Shown: one piece after another, positions 12,073 to 23,783 of the stretch
Layout of the letters: each line of letters starts with the position of its first letter
How positions within the stretch are numbered: the first letter of the stretch is position 1
Assembly: GCF_000142905.1 (NCBI RefSeq)
Contig: NW_013657672.1
Location: forward strand, 204,244 to 268,243
Length of the DNA stretch: 64,000 nt
Direction of reading: 5' to 3'
Source of the DNA: Thecamonas trahens ATCC 50062
Taxonomy: Eukaryota; Protista; Apusomonadida
Position numbers and translations under genes: made by a program
Notes under the pieces: generated by a model
Told to the model about the DNA's origin: nothing
Database searches by the model: none
The model's input: only the letters and a program-made list of their open reading frames with translations

Positions 12073-14631
12073 ATGGCCAATGCGAGCATGTCGCCGTTTG
12101 TAGCCTCGTTCCTGGGTGACTTTGGCCATGCCCAGCAGATTGCAGAGGACGGCGAGTCCATGCTTGATGTACGCAACCCATGCTATCCTTCACCCCCCCC
12201 CCTCCCCCCTCCCCCTCTCCTCCCCTGCTCCCCGCTTTCCCCATGCCCCCCTCCCTCCTTCTTCCCTTCACGTGCCTTGCTGGCCACGTGTTTTCGTACG
12301 AACTCTATCTCTTGACGGCTCCCGCTCGACCAACTCCTGCTTGGCAAGTGTTGGCTTGCACCGGCAGTGCTCGAATCAACACATGGGTGCAGAGCTTGAC
12401 CTTTCAACGGGTGGACGCAAGTTGTTCGTCTGCATTGCGGGCTCTGTCTGCTGCGCAAACCTAGCTCGCCACGACTTGTTGCCGTTGTTGGAACTTGAAC
12501 AAGTCAAAGTTGGCGTCCGGACCTGGGGGGGAGCATTCGTTTGAGGCATGCGCACGCAGCTCAACAACTTTTACGCTCTCCCGACAATCGGGGTGCGGTG
12601 GGAAGTGATGCGTTTGTGCGCGTGGCAAGAGGAAGAAGAAAACAGCTACAGACTCACATTTGCGATGGGGTGATCGGCAATTGATGGGGCGGCAACACAC
12701 AGAACATGGTGCAGTACTTGCAGCGGCTGGCTCTCATTGAGAGGCGGTACGCGGACGAGTTGACCGAGCTGTCCAACGAGACCAAGCTCTCGTTTACATC
12801 GAAAGGCCGCGACTCGTCTGAGGCCTGCTATCGGACGTTTGTGCAGCACATGGCGCGCGAGGGTATCCACCACTCCAACGTGGCGGACAAGATCGAGACG
12901 TACATCGTGCCGCCGCTGGTGGAATGCAAAGAGACAACGGTGAAGACGGTGGCTGCAGCGCTTGACGAGCGCAACACCATGCTGCAGCGGTTTGAGGAGT
13001 CTCTGGCATCCATCGACGAGATGCAGCATGAGTTTGACGAGCTGCGCGCCCGCGCCGATGTAGCCCGCGAAACGCTGTCCAACTCGTCGTCGGCATCGAT
13101 GCGCGAGAAGAAGCGCAAGCGGCTCATTGACGACGCAAAAAAGGCCAAGCAGGAGATGCTCGACGCAAAGTCGCGCTACAACGACGGCGTCCGCATCTTC
13201 AATGCCGTCCAGTCGGACTTTTACGTCCGCGCCCTCCCCAAATCGCTCAACGCGCTGCAGTCGACTATTCTTCGCCGCCTGATGGAGACCAAGGCCGCGT
13301 TCAAGCTCATGCACCGCGCCCTCTACCCCTCGCCCAAGTCGCTCGTCGATACCGTCGGCCAGCTCGAGGCCGCATACCAGGCTATCGACCCTCAAGAGGA
13401 CATCATGGTATTTTGCTCGTCGGCTAACTCTCAGTGGGTCATGCCGTCCGACCGCCAGCAGGCGCTCACGCCTGAAGAGCGCGACGCCCTCTACGAGGCC
13501 GCTTTTGAAGACTATTTCCACATGTCCCTCCACCGCGAGAAGCGCGACCGTCGCCGCAAGCGCCGCGAGCGTATGCTCGAGCGTGCACGCCTCACATACA
13601 TCGAGGACGTCGGAGACTCCCCCGACGCCCTTACTGATGACCAGCTTCTTGCGTGGATGCAGCGCACCCGCGAGGAAGAGCTGGCCGCAGCCGCAAAGGC
13701 CGATGCTTTTAAGCTGCAGGCCAACACCCGGCGCAGTTCTGTCTCGCTCTCCTCGCTCGCCTCACCGCTCTTTATGGCCCACATGGCCCACAAGGGCTCT
13801 ACCACAGCGAGCTCCGCACCAGTCTCGCCATCCATCACGGAAGAGGTTCTAATCGAGGATGCGGCCGCTATGCGGCCGTCCATCGACTTTTCAAATGCCC
13901 TCTCCTCCTTCTCTCTTCAAGCACCGGCCCCCTCCGCCGCTGCTGCAAACTCGGCCACTGACGCCTCAAACCTCACGTATGGCTCATCAGCCTCGAGCTC
14001 GTCGTCGGGCTCGTCGTCGGACTCGTCATCCTACTCGTCATCATCGTCAGACTCGGGCGCCGGCGCTGCTGCCAACGCAGACGGTGAGCCGCCGTCGTCT
14101 TCCTCTCGCCACAAGCGCCACAAGCGGAAGCCCAAGAAGCCTGGCCCTGACGATGCCGTTCCTTCCACTCCGGCCAAGATCCCTCCACCTCTCCCACCCA
14201 AGAACCGTCTTCCACCTCCACCTGACGTTGCCGAGAACGTTGGCGGCTTTGGTGACAGCTTTGACGAGATCTGCGCCGAGGGTGACGCCGAGATGTACCA
14301 TGCCGAGCACGGCGAGGGCTACGACGGCGAGTATGGCAAGTATGACATGGACGGCGAACACGGCGAACACGGCGAACACGGCGAACACGGCGAACACGGC
14401 GAACACATTCACTATGATAGCTACAACACCGATGTCGCTAACGACGTCATGCTCGATGGCCCTGACCCCAACCCTGCACCCATAGCTGGCGACAACGATC
14501 CTTCCGGCTACACCGCCCTGCCGCCGCCACCAACCCGTGCCTCGCCGGAGCCTACACTTGCCACAGAGCCCGATCTCTCTGGTAAGCAATCCAGTGAGCC
14601 CATCGAGTCCATCGAGCCCGCCATATCGTAA
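12073..14631 (+). CDS. F-BAR (FCH) domain protein with Ser/Pro/acidic disordered C-terminus (exons 12073-12168 and 12703-14631)
   Basis: N-terminus FVASFLGDFGH..GESMLD|NMVQYLQRLALIERRYADELTEL...HSNVADKIETYIVPPL followed by coiled coil, typical of F-BAR. PPPLPPK SH3-ligand-like motif. Intron gtacgc...cag, phase 0. Confidence 0.8.
14351..14406 (+). repeat. 9-nt coding tandem repeat (GGCGAACAC, GEH x6)
   Basis: Seen directly in the F-BAR gene tail. Confidence 0.9.
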
Positions 14632-14886
14632 CATCCCCCGAAACTCCTTGCACCCCCCTCTGCGCACAACCGTGTGTGCTGGCGTCATCGCCAAATCCAA
14701 CGACACTCGCCCACACCGCACGCGTACGTACCAAACCCACGCCGCCACCCAACAGACGCCACGGACCCACGCGCCAGACGGCGCCGACTCCAGTCCCCCC
14801 CCCCTTTACACACGGCCCATCGCCATTGGTAGTGCATGCCAAGCGCGACACGTATCTACCCGTCACCACACCCCTCCCTAAGCGTC

Positions 14887-16446
14887 ATGCCCAAGACCGC
14901 TGCCAAACGACGAGGAACGAACCGCCACCGAGACAAACCAAGGAACAGGAACAAGGTCGATCTTTCTTCTTCGTATCCCCGACAGCCCTCGGACTTGTCT
15001 GATCACCCATCACCATCGGGGGCGTCGACCTCGTTGCCGGAGTCGTCTCGCGGAGACCCCTCGCTCCCGCCGCTGCCCAAGTCCTCAGGCCGCCGCGCGC
15101 GCCGTCATCACTCCAACTCGGACTCAGACTCGGACTCGGACTCGGACTCGGCGTCGGCCATGGAATCTGGCTCGAGCTCACCGCCGCCTGAGAGCAAATA
15201 CGACAAAAGCGAGGATGAGTCCAAGACTGCGGCTCATGGCTCGCGGCAATGGCACTCGGCATCGAGCAGCTCTGGATCTGGCTCGGACTCGAGCTCACGG
15301 TACGACAACGACGCGCTGCTGCGCAAGTTTGAGCGCGGCTCGCTGGGCATGGTCGACTATCGCAACGACAACGATCTCATGCAGCGCGGGCATTGGTCGC
15401 TGTGGCTTGCGCACATCATGACTATTGTGTTTGGCATCAACGCGCCTTCGGCGCTCTGGCGAGTGTACTCGCTAACCATCGCTGCGGCCGTAACCACGGT
15501 CACCGTCGTGCAGATAGTGTCTCTCTTCTCCGACTTTTCCGATCTTGAGCATGGAATCATTGTCCTCCTTGCTGCGCTCTGGTACCTTCTCAACATGCTC
15601 ACAGCTTGGTCGTTTGCGCTTCGCTTTTGGGGCCACACCGGGTGGCTGTTTGGCATGTGGAAGGCAATGTGGCAGAGCGAGGCCGACGTCTGCCGCTCGC
15701 ACCACCGCTTGCGGTTGCTCATGCCGGCCGTGATATTTGGCGTTGTTGCCAACTTGGCGCTTACTCTTGCTGCACGATGGTTTGGCTTGCAGCGTGATGC
15801 GCAGTCGGTCTTCCGTGAGATGTTCGTTCTCTCGTCGAACGGGGCGCAGGTTGTCTTTACCGTCATCCACGTCTTTGCCACCGGTATTTTCCTCACGCCG
15901 CTGGCCCTCTTCTTTGACACCGCCGTCTCGCTCACCCGCCGCATTCATTGGCTTCAGAAAAAGGTGTTTCGCGATGAAAAGTCACTCACCGAGCTCGTCG
16001 ACGATTTTAGCGAGCTCTCGGTCCACGCCATGCTGGCAAACAAGCTGTTCGGCCCGTGGCTCACCTGCATCTTTGCCGTTCAGATTCCGCTCGTTGCCAT
16101 CTGCCTTGTCTCTCTTCTCTCGTACACGTCTCTGGACGGCCTCACTATCTCGGTCCTTGCGCTCTGGCTTGTTGTCAACACGGTCCTTACCTTTACCGTT
16201 GCTTTCATTTCGGCCAAACTCCACGCAGACACCGAGGCCACCATCCACAAGATCGCGCTGCATGTGGCATCGGGCCGTAGTAGTAGCCACCGCTCGGAGT
16301 TTATGTTCTTTACCGCCTCGATCAGCGCCCACGAGATCGGATTTCGCGTCGGCGGCTCGGTCCTCATCACTTTTCACGTCATGACCAAGGTCATTTCTTT
16401 CATCGGATCGCTCTACCTGCTACTCGTTGGCTTTCGGGCACAGTAG
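14887..16446 (+). CDS. Gustatory receptor-like / DUF3537-like 7TM ion channel candidate (GRL-A; alternative ATG at 14836)
   Basis: Disordered N-terminus with no signal peptide, an S0-like helix (LAHIMTIVFGIN), seven hydrophobic segments, 'ANKLFGPWL' before TM5, and TM7-type signature IGFRVGGSVLITFHVMTKVISFIGSLYLLLVGF at the extreme C-terminus. Confidence 0.7.
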   Translation: MPKTAAKRRGTNRHRDKPRNRNKVDLSSSYPRQPSDLSDHPSPSGASTSLPESSRGDPSLPPLPKSSGRRARRHHSNSDSDSDSDSDSASAMESGSSSPPPESKYDKSEDESKTAAHGSRQWHSASSSSGSGSDSSSRYDNDALLRKFERGSLGMVDYRNDNDLMQRGHWSLWLAHIMTIVFGINAPSALWRVYSLTIAAAVTTVTVVQIVSLFSDFSDLEHGIIVLLAALWYLLNMLTAWSFALRFWGHTGWLFGMWKAMWQSEADVCRSHHRLRLLMPAVIFGVVANLALTLAARWFGLQRDAQSVFREMFVLSSNGAQVVFTVIHVFATGIFLTPLALFFDTAVSLTRRIHWLQKKVFRDEKSLTELVDDFSELSVHAMLANKLFGPWLTCIFAVQIPLVAICLVSLLSYTSLDGLTISVLALWLVVNTVLTFTVAFISAKLHADTEATIHKIALHVASGRSSSHRSEFMFFTASISAHEIGFRVGGSVLITFHVMTKVISFIGSLYLLLVGFRAQ

Positions 16447-16632
16447 ACTGCTGCTGTTGGCGACCGGCGCGGCGCCGGCGCGACGCGCGCGCGTGAGTAT
16501 CAGCTGGCTCGCGCTGTGCGATGCTGGCAGCAAGGCGGGGCATTTACTGGAAACATAGCGACAGGTGTCACCATGGCCGATGCGGTCGGAGGCACGACGT
16601 CATTGCGGTACCCCAACGGACGAGGGAGGTAG

Positions 16633-17846
16633 CTACGAACGAGCCAGGACCAGGACAACGACTGTCAGCAAAAGAAGCAAATGGTAGATGAGAAGTCGAC
16701 GGAACGAGTGGTGGGTAAAGTGGACTGTGGGAGAAATAGACCACACGAAGCGCTGAGACGATGACGCCTCAAAACGGAGCGAGGCCACACGCGAGCCCAA
16801 GTGCCACGACTTGGCGGCGAGCCGCTCGGCAGCGACAGCGAGCTGTGACGGAATCCATGCCCAGGAAAGGAGATAGAAGGTGATGCAGACAATGATGAAG
16901 ATTGTAGCATACGTTGGCGGAGGGTACATGCCGATGTAAACTGAAAAAAGGTGACGAGACCGGTGTACAGAACAGCGCCGATGACCCAGTACACCTTCCA
17001 CACATCCACCGAGGCGCGGAGCTTGCGGCAGAGCGAGTCAAAGTGCATGATGACGCCGCCAATGTCGGTGATCGAGACAGTCGCCGAGGCGTAGAGCGCG
17101 TCAGCCATGGCTGGGTCTGAGCGATAAACAGTGGCGACTGGGTACGAGCCCGAGCCCATCGAAAGATCCAGGTTTGGCGAGGGCATTGCCATTGAGCCGT
17201 CCGGGTGGAGTGATGGTCGCCGACCGATTGAGAGCACGCCCATCTGGTGCGAGACGTCGCTGACGGCAGCAAGGTAAACCCGAACGAGAAGGAGGAGCTC
17301 AATGAGGGCAAACGGAAACATGATGGCCAGCGGCGAAGCGATAACAAAGCAGACAAAAAGTGCGGTCGAGAGGTGCGCGGATGTCGTCGCCGCAAGAACA
17401 GCAACACCGACCATCTGCGCGATGACTACGACAACGTGGAAGCCGGTGTCCAGCTTGGCGAGCAGCCGTCGCTCACGCTCTGAGCACACCAGATTGGCCA
17501 CCAATACTTCGAGCTCTTTGCACACCTCTTGCCGCATGAGGAACCAGAGCGTGACGCCCGAGTACAGTCCGGCGATCCATGCCGGGATGAGGATCGGCCA
17601 AGCGAGGAACGAGCCCGATGTGTCTTCTGGCCGCGACGACGCCTCGAACGCCCGCAGTACGATAAGCATGAGCAGCGCCGGTGCGACAGAAAGCGAGATG
17701 AAAACTTGGTACACCTCGTACGCCAAGCTCGATGACGACGAGTAGAGTCCCAGCGCGCCTAGGATCCAGCGGACAGCCCGAGGTCGCACATATGGAGTTC
17801 CGGGCGGAACGCGCGAGTCTTCGCCATGTACCCAAGCCGCTGAGTG

Positions 17847-17879
<33 letters not shown>

Positions 17880-20492
17880 TGCCCAAGAGGGCGGCGACGG
17901 CGGGGTGGACGAGATTGAGGAACGCGGCTGGCCGGTCTCAGCACCGCCGATGCCAAAGGCCGGCGCGACTCGTCGGGAGTCGCGACCGGTTGGTGCCACA
18001 CCGGTCGGTGAATGCATCACGCTTGGTGGTGTCGGCGTCGATGTCACAACTTCCTCTTCCTCGGCCCGGATGGACATGACGTGGTTGGCAAGCTGGTTGC
18101 GCCGCGGCGACTGCGAGCGCAGGGTAGGCGCATCCGGCCCAGGCTGAAGGCCGTCGCCGCGCTCGCGCTGCTTCTGCCGCATGAGAACCTCTTCGTTTGA
18201 CCGCGAGAACCCAGTCGACGCCAGCTCGGAGAGGAGGGGATAGTCTGGCGGAGGATCGAGGCCGATAACGTCAAGCGTGTTCGACCGCTGAACCGCAACT
18301 GGCCGGCCGGTAGGGCGTGCGTGCGGAGGAACGGGACCGCCGACTCGCCCGTGAGGTACGGGCCATGCACGGCTTGTCGAAGCAGGCGTGGTTGTCGGGT
18401 GAGACTCGGTCGGCGTGACCTCAGCCTCAGTTTCATACTCGTCGGATGACATGCTGTAGCCATCAAGCGACGAGCTTTCGAGTCCGTCCAGTGCCGACGA
18501 GCTCAGCGTGAGGTCTGAGAACGAGGAGCTGGTGAGAGACGCAGATTCGCCGTTCTGCTTGTAAGCGAGAGCAAGCTTGGATTTGAGCATTGCCTTGGCC
18601 TTGGCCTTGTAGTGGGCCTTGATGCGCGAGACGTCGAGCAAGAGCAAATCGGTCGATGAGTACTGCGAGTAAGTGAGCGTGGTCGGCGTCCGCGACCGAG
18701 TGCGCGACCGAGGCCTCGAATCCCGGGCCTCGATGCATGACGATTCTAGCTCAGACGTAGACGATGCTGCCGAGTTGCGCAAAATGACAAAGACGTCCCC
18801 ACCACGGCCGGGCGTGTGCCCAGAGGCACGTGCTAGAGTACCCGGTGAGCGCGAGCGGTGGGCGGCGCCTTGCACCGCAGACGAGTGCGAGCCGATCGAG
18901 TCAGCCAGCTGGGCCGGCGAGCGCGAGCGCGGCCGACTGAGCCCGGTTTCCACACCCATGCTCTGGACATCAACATGTTCCTGGACTGCGGGTAGCGGCG
19001 AGGGCGAGCTGGCATTCGAGCGACGCTTTCTGTGCCCACTACGCGAACTGGACTTGCGCGAGTGGGGAGTCCGGCGCGGGTTAGATGACGACTGGCGCGA
19101 GGTTGGGTGCGAGATCGAGCCTGTGCCGTGGTTCTGGCGTGCTGCGGGCGACGGCTGCGCGGTGGGCACGCCCGACTGAGAGAGCGACCGCCCGCCATCG
19201 CGCGCATCAGTTTGAGACCGCTTTCGCGTCTTGGCTTTGATCCTAGCCTTGGCCTTGGACTTGGCCTTGGCCTTGGCCTTAGATCGCTCCTTAACCCAGG
19301 CTCGGAACTTGGCTTTGGCCTTCTCTTTGGCTTGCGCCTTGGCTTTGGCTTTTGCCCGCGCCTTGGAGCTCGCCCGTGACCTGGGCTTGGTGCCACCGCC
19401 GCCGCCGTTCGCAACGACAGCAAAACCGTCCGAAGCCTGGACCGATGAGGCCATTCGACCGACCTCCGAGAACGGCGAGTCGTGCCGCGATGTCTGACTG
19501 CCTGATCGCGATGGCTGCGAGACCTGCGACGAGCGGCGCAGTGGCGGGGCGGTGGTGAGCATGCCTGTGCTCTCACCAACTTCTCGACTGGCAGCAGCTG
19601 CCCGGGCCTTGGCTTTGGCCTTGGTCGTGGCTTTGGCCTTGGCCTTGGCCTTGGCTTTGGCCTTCGCTTTGGCCTTGGCCTTGGCCTTGGCCTTGGCCTT
19701 GGCCTTGGCGCGGGAGCGCGTGTCGTGGCTACCCGACTTCCGCACAGCATTTGCAGCAGACGTCACCAGCAGCTGGCGGTCGCGAAAGCTGGTCGCGAGC
19801 CCATCACGCTCTGGCGAGCGGACTGGGGTGTTCGACCGCGAGTGGGACTTGACGACCGACTCAGAGAGCTCAGTAATGGAGCCGGTGGAATCTGACCGCG
19901 AGCGCGAGTGCCCGTGCGGGTGCAGATGGTCGGCTGTCGTGCCAGGTGCTGCAGCGTTTGTCACGCCCAACACTGGTGCAGCGCCATCGGCAGCCATGCC
20001 CGGTTGCGGCGCTGATAGACTTGTTCCAAACTTGTCGTCCAGGAACGAGTTGATGGTGAGCTGAAGTATGAGCTCGTCGCTGCACTGGATCTCGTCCGAG
20101 ACCGAGACATCCGATGCTACCGGAAGCGAGGCCTCGGACGAGCGGAAGGTATTGCGACGAGACCAGGTATGGCCCGATGAAGACTGGCGCGAGGCCGGGC
20201 TCGGTGGCTCGATAAGGGTAGGCGGCCGGTGCAGACCAGCCTCGCAGCTCGACTCTGACGGCGGCGTCGACGACGACGACGACGTAATTGCCTCTTGCAC
20301 AAGGGCTTCGGACGAGGTGGGCGACAAACATGAAGGTGAAGAGGCCAGGTACGAGCCAGAAGACGTGGCGGTTGTCGCACTTCTTGTCAGCTCGTTCGAG
20401 CCCTTGACATCAGACGATGAACCGCCTGAGCAAGAGGAGAAAGGGCCAGAGCCCTGCGAGGCCAATGACGCTCCGCTCCGGGCGCTCTTCAT
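16633..20492 (-). CDS. Large protein with ~900-aa disordered N-terminus and a C-terminal 7TM domain resembling a divergent GRL (GRL-B); -1 frameshift at the T6 run 16944-16949
   Basis: Joining ORF 16665..20522 to ORF 16633..17001 gives ...WVIGAVLYTGLVTFF/SVYIGMY-PPPT-YATIFIIVCITFYLLSWAWIPSQLAVAAERL...FVWSISPTVHFTHHSFRRLLIYHLLLLLTVVVLVLARS, completing seven TMs with spacing like the neighbouring gene. Confidence 0.6.
19232..19710 (-). repeat. Two blocks of GCCAAG hexamer repeats encoding (Ala-Lys)n
   Basis: Blocks at ~19606-19710 and ~19232-19366, translating as AKAKAKAK... Confidence 0.9.
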
Positions 20493-21261
20493 GACGATGC
20501 ACTCCCAAGTGTCACCACACAATGCAGTGCGGCGTCAGACAAGGTAGCTGTCAGACAAGCGCTCGCAGTACAAGCAGTAGTGTGCTGAAGCCCTGGCTGT
20601 GGCGCTACCCGCAGACGCTCGAGTGGTGAGGGCCCCACCGCCGGGGAGAAAGGTGGGGCGGTTGGCCGAGCTGACAACGGGGTGGAAGCCGAGACTGTAG
20701 GCGGAGGAGAATAAGCCGCGGCAGAAGTAGCTGCAGCGACAACGACCGGAGACGCGAGGCTGCAGTATAACCCCTCCCCAGAGGATAACGACGCCAGGTC
20801 GGTGAGCGAGGTGTCTTACTGTCACACTCGCTTCCCCTCGCCTACCGCATGCTGCCGGCTCTGTCCCCAAGTCCCTCAATGATACCATGTTTGTGACGTT
20901 TGACAGACACGTCGGAAGCGGGCCGGGGACGGGGATGACAGACATGATTCCTGACAGTCGTTGATGCAAAGAGAATGGTCTCGGCTGGAAAGGCCATGCC
21001 TGCTCCTCCATCCTCATGGTGTCTCTCCCGGTGTTGCCTTCTCTCGCCGTCGAGGCCATCGCATGCGCCACATGACTACCTCCCGCAGCTTCGTTCGGGG
21101 GTTACTCTGCGGCGGTAGGTCCCACCCAGAACGGGTGCTTTTCGCCCGCTCACCGGAAAGCCGCCGGGGCAGCAGCCACACCGCTTGCCGCTCGCCGCTC
21201 GCCGCTCACTGTTCGCCGCGCAACACACGCCCCTCGAGCCAAGACGGAGCGGCGCAACACC

Positions 21262-22014
21262 ATGGCTAGCCTGGTGGAGCTCGAGGCCAAAGTGGCAGAG
21301 CTCAAGGCCGAGGTGGCCGCTGCGCAGGCTCGCGGCGACATGGAGGCTGTGGCGGCGGCAGCAGCAGCGTACACGCAACTCAGCGTGGAGATCGAGGAGG
21401 CCTCGGTCAGAGAGGCAGCTGCGGGGTCAAGCAAGAAGGCAGAGCGTGAGCAGACGGAGGCAAATGCACGGACCAAGGCGCAAGCAGGCGAGCAGGTTGT
21501 GCTTCACGTGTACGATCTAGCGGCTGGAGCGTTGCCTGCGGCGAACCGTGCTGCGTCGCTGGTGGGACTCGGGGCGTATCACGGCGGGATCGAGGTGTAC
21601 GGCGCCGAGGTGTACTTTACGTTTGATGCGGGCATTGTGACGTGTGCACCTGGTGGCAACACGGCGCACGTGTACAACTCTGCGGCGGTACTGGGCGAGA
21701 CAATGCTGTCTCGGCGCAAGGTCAAGGCAGTCATTTCACAGATGCGACGCGACGGCTGGATTGCTGACAACTACGACCTACTCAATCGCAACTGTCTGCA
21801 CTTTGCACGGGCATTTGTTGAGGCGCTCGGACTGCCTGGCGACGCCGTTCCGGCCAAGCTCAATCGGCTGGCGGGCATCGGGTCCAAGCTGGACGCGGCG
21901 GCAAGGGCGGTGGCTGGCACCTCGCTCTCATTCCTGCGTGCAGCAACAAGCTTTGCGTCGAGCTCGGCAGCAACGAGCTCTGGTGGCTACACGCCACCAG
22001 AGGCATCCGGCTGA
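21262..22014 (+). CDS. PPPDE/DeSI-family (C97) deSUMOylase/deubiquitinase with N-terminal coiled coil
   Basis: VVLHVYDL, GAYHGGIEVYGAE (catalytic His), YDLLNRNCLHF (catalytic Cys). Confidence 0.92.
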   Translation: MASLVELEAKVAELKAEVAAAQARGDMEAVAAAAAAYTQLSVEIEEASVREAAAGSSKKAEREQTEANARTKAQAGEQVVLHVYDLAAGALPAANRAASLVGLGAYHGGIEVYGAEVYFTFDAGIVTCAPGGNTAHVYNSAAVLGETMLSRRKVKAVISQMRRDGWIADNYDLLNRNCLHFARAFVEALGLPGDAVPAKLNRLAGIGSKLDAAARAVAGTSLSFLRAATSFASSSAATSSGGYTPPEASG

Positions 22015-23371
22015 GCGGCAGGCAGCGAGCCGCGCGGTGCGACGTCGACCGGCGGTGACGGCTCATTGTGCGAGTCAAAGGCAGAGGCCCAGGTGGGAGC
22101 GCCATCGGGCGAGGGGCTGGGGCAGCGGCGCGGGAGCGATGCCGCTGCCGTCGGACTTCCCGGCTCAGCCAGCCACGGATGGGCGAGCACGTCGGCGATG
22201 GACGGCCGCTTTTCGGGCTTGGTCACCAGGAGCGAGGTGAGGAGGTCGACGCACGACGGGCTCAGCTCGCCGGGGACGGCGAAGCGGCCGCGCTTGATGG
22301 CGCGGAAAAGCGATTTGTTGGAGACGGCGCCGGCTTGGCGACGGAAAGGAAGTTGGCAGTGAGGAGGGTGTACAGGACCACTCCGAGCGACCAGACGTCC
22401 GAGGCAAACGGCGAAAGCGCAGGCTTGCGCAACATCTCGGGTGAAATGTACGACGGCGAGCCACAGTGGATCTCGAGCCGGGCCGAGGGCGAGTCGCAAT
22501 GTTTGGAAAAGCCAAAGTCGATGAGCGTGGCGCACGGCGCGCCTGGGCCGCCGTCGGGCCACGAGAGCAACACGTTCTCCAGCTTAAGGTCGAGGTGAGC
22601 CACGCAGAGCTGGGTGTGGAGCATGGCGACGGCGTCGACAATCTGCCCAAAGATGGGGCGGGCCATGGCCTCGTCCATTTCCCCCTCGTGCGCGTGGACA
22701 TACTCGAGCAGATCGCCGCCCTCAACGTAGGGGAAAAGCAGCGCGGCGTAGTTGTCGTCCTCGGCGTAGTCGTGGAGCTCGATACAGCCAGACTCGGGTC
22801 CGTACTCGGCAATGAGCCGCAAAATGTCCAGCTCCGATGCCAGTGATGCCTTCTCGGCGGCGCACATGGAAGCTTTGACCCAGACTTTGGCCACCAGCGG
22901 CGGGCCAGCCGCCACCGACCATGCGCGGAAGACCTTGGATGAGCCCGCCACAGGGGCCGCAAAGTCGATGCGATAGCAGCTTCCCAGCGCGTAAACTTCT
23001 TCTGGCGCCGATGGTCCGGGCGGTGCCATCGGCCGAGCCCGCTTGCTGCTCCGCGCGACAACGGTGCCGTCGGGCCGGGTGCGAGCCAACTTGACGCGCC
23101 CGAGGTCAGCGGCCTCATTTGCCATGACGACATCCGATCCACCAGCCTCCGATTCAGTACCAGCACCAGCACCAGAACCCCTCACGGCTGTTGTGGGTCC
23201 GGCCGCCGAGCTGGTCGCCCGTCGCATGCGGCAGGCCTCCAAGCTTGCATTCTCAGCCATCGCATCTGCATCCGTCACTGCTGCGGACGCCGTCGCCGCC
23301 GCCTCGGCCGCCGCCGCCTCTGCCACCGCCTCCTCTTCCAGCGCCATGCTCAACGCAGAGCGACCATGCAT
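21987..23371 (-). CDS. CAMK-group-like Ser/Thr protein kinase (HLD catalytic loop); -1 frameshift at ~22356; probable upstream intron 23746-23393
   Basis: VAK, GGDLLEY, HLDLKLENVLL, DFG, CGSPSYISPE, DVWSLGVVLY. Repairing the shift gives LLTGQLPF...SPSCVDLLTSLLVTKPEKRPSIADVLAHPW. Confidence 0.9.
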
Positions 23372-23783
23372 ATCTTCCTCCTCGCACACACCCTGGGGGA
23401 AGGAGGAAGAAAGCGGGAGGGCGAGAAGTGAGGCGTTGGAGATAATGACGGTGAGGGAGTAGGGAGGGGGGGGACTGACGTGTGGGAACATTGGCTACTT
23501 GCGGGGAACGGGGAGTTGGGCAGATGCCAGTCGGATGGAAGGTGGTGGTGGGGGGGGGGGGGGGGGGGGAGGGGAGGGAAGGGAGACGATCGCGATGGAG
23601 GGCGGAGGCTTTGGGCAGGGGTCTGAGGAGAACATGATATTGGATTCTGGGGGCGATGAGCTGACATCAGGGATGCGATGATAGTGTTGACAGTGACTGT
23701 GTGGGCGTGGGTGCTCGGGCAGGCGCTCCGGCTCCGGCTGGCGTACATCACTCTCGGTGCGACGTGTGAAGACTGGGCTTAGT

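Noticed and set aside
16941-16995. TTTTTTCAG as a splice acceptor explaining the GRL-B frame change
   Set aside because: No phase-compatible GTACGY-type donor lies at a plausible distance, and splicing would delete TM5. A single missing base is simpler.
19552-20064. Plus-strand ORF with an (AL)n hydrophobic run resembling a TM/signal segment
   Set aside because: It is simply the antisense reading of the GCCAAG (AK)n repeat.
20535-21071. 178-aa minus-strand ORF upstream of GRL-B
   Set aside because: No recognisable domain or clear splice link to the downstream CDS. It may be 5' UTR or promoter sequence.
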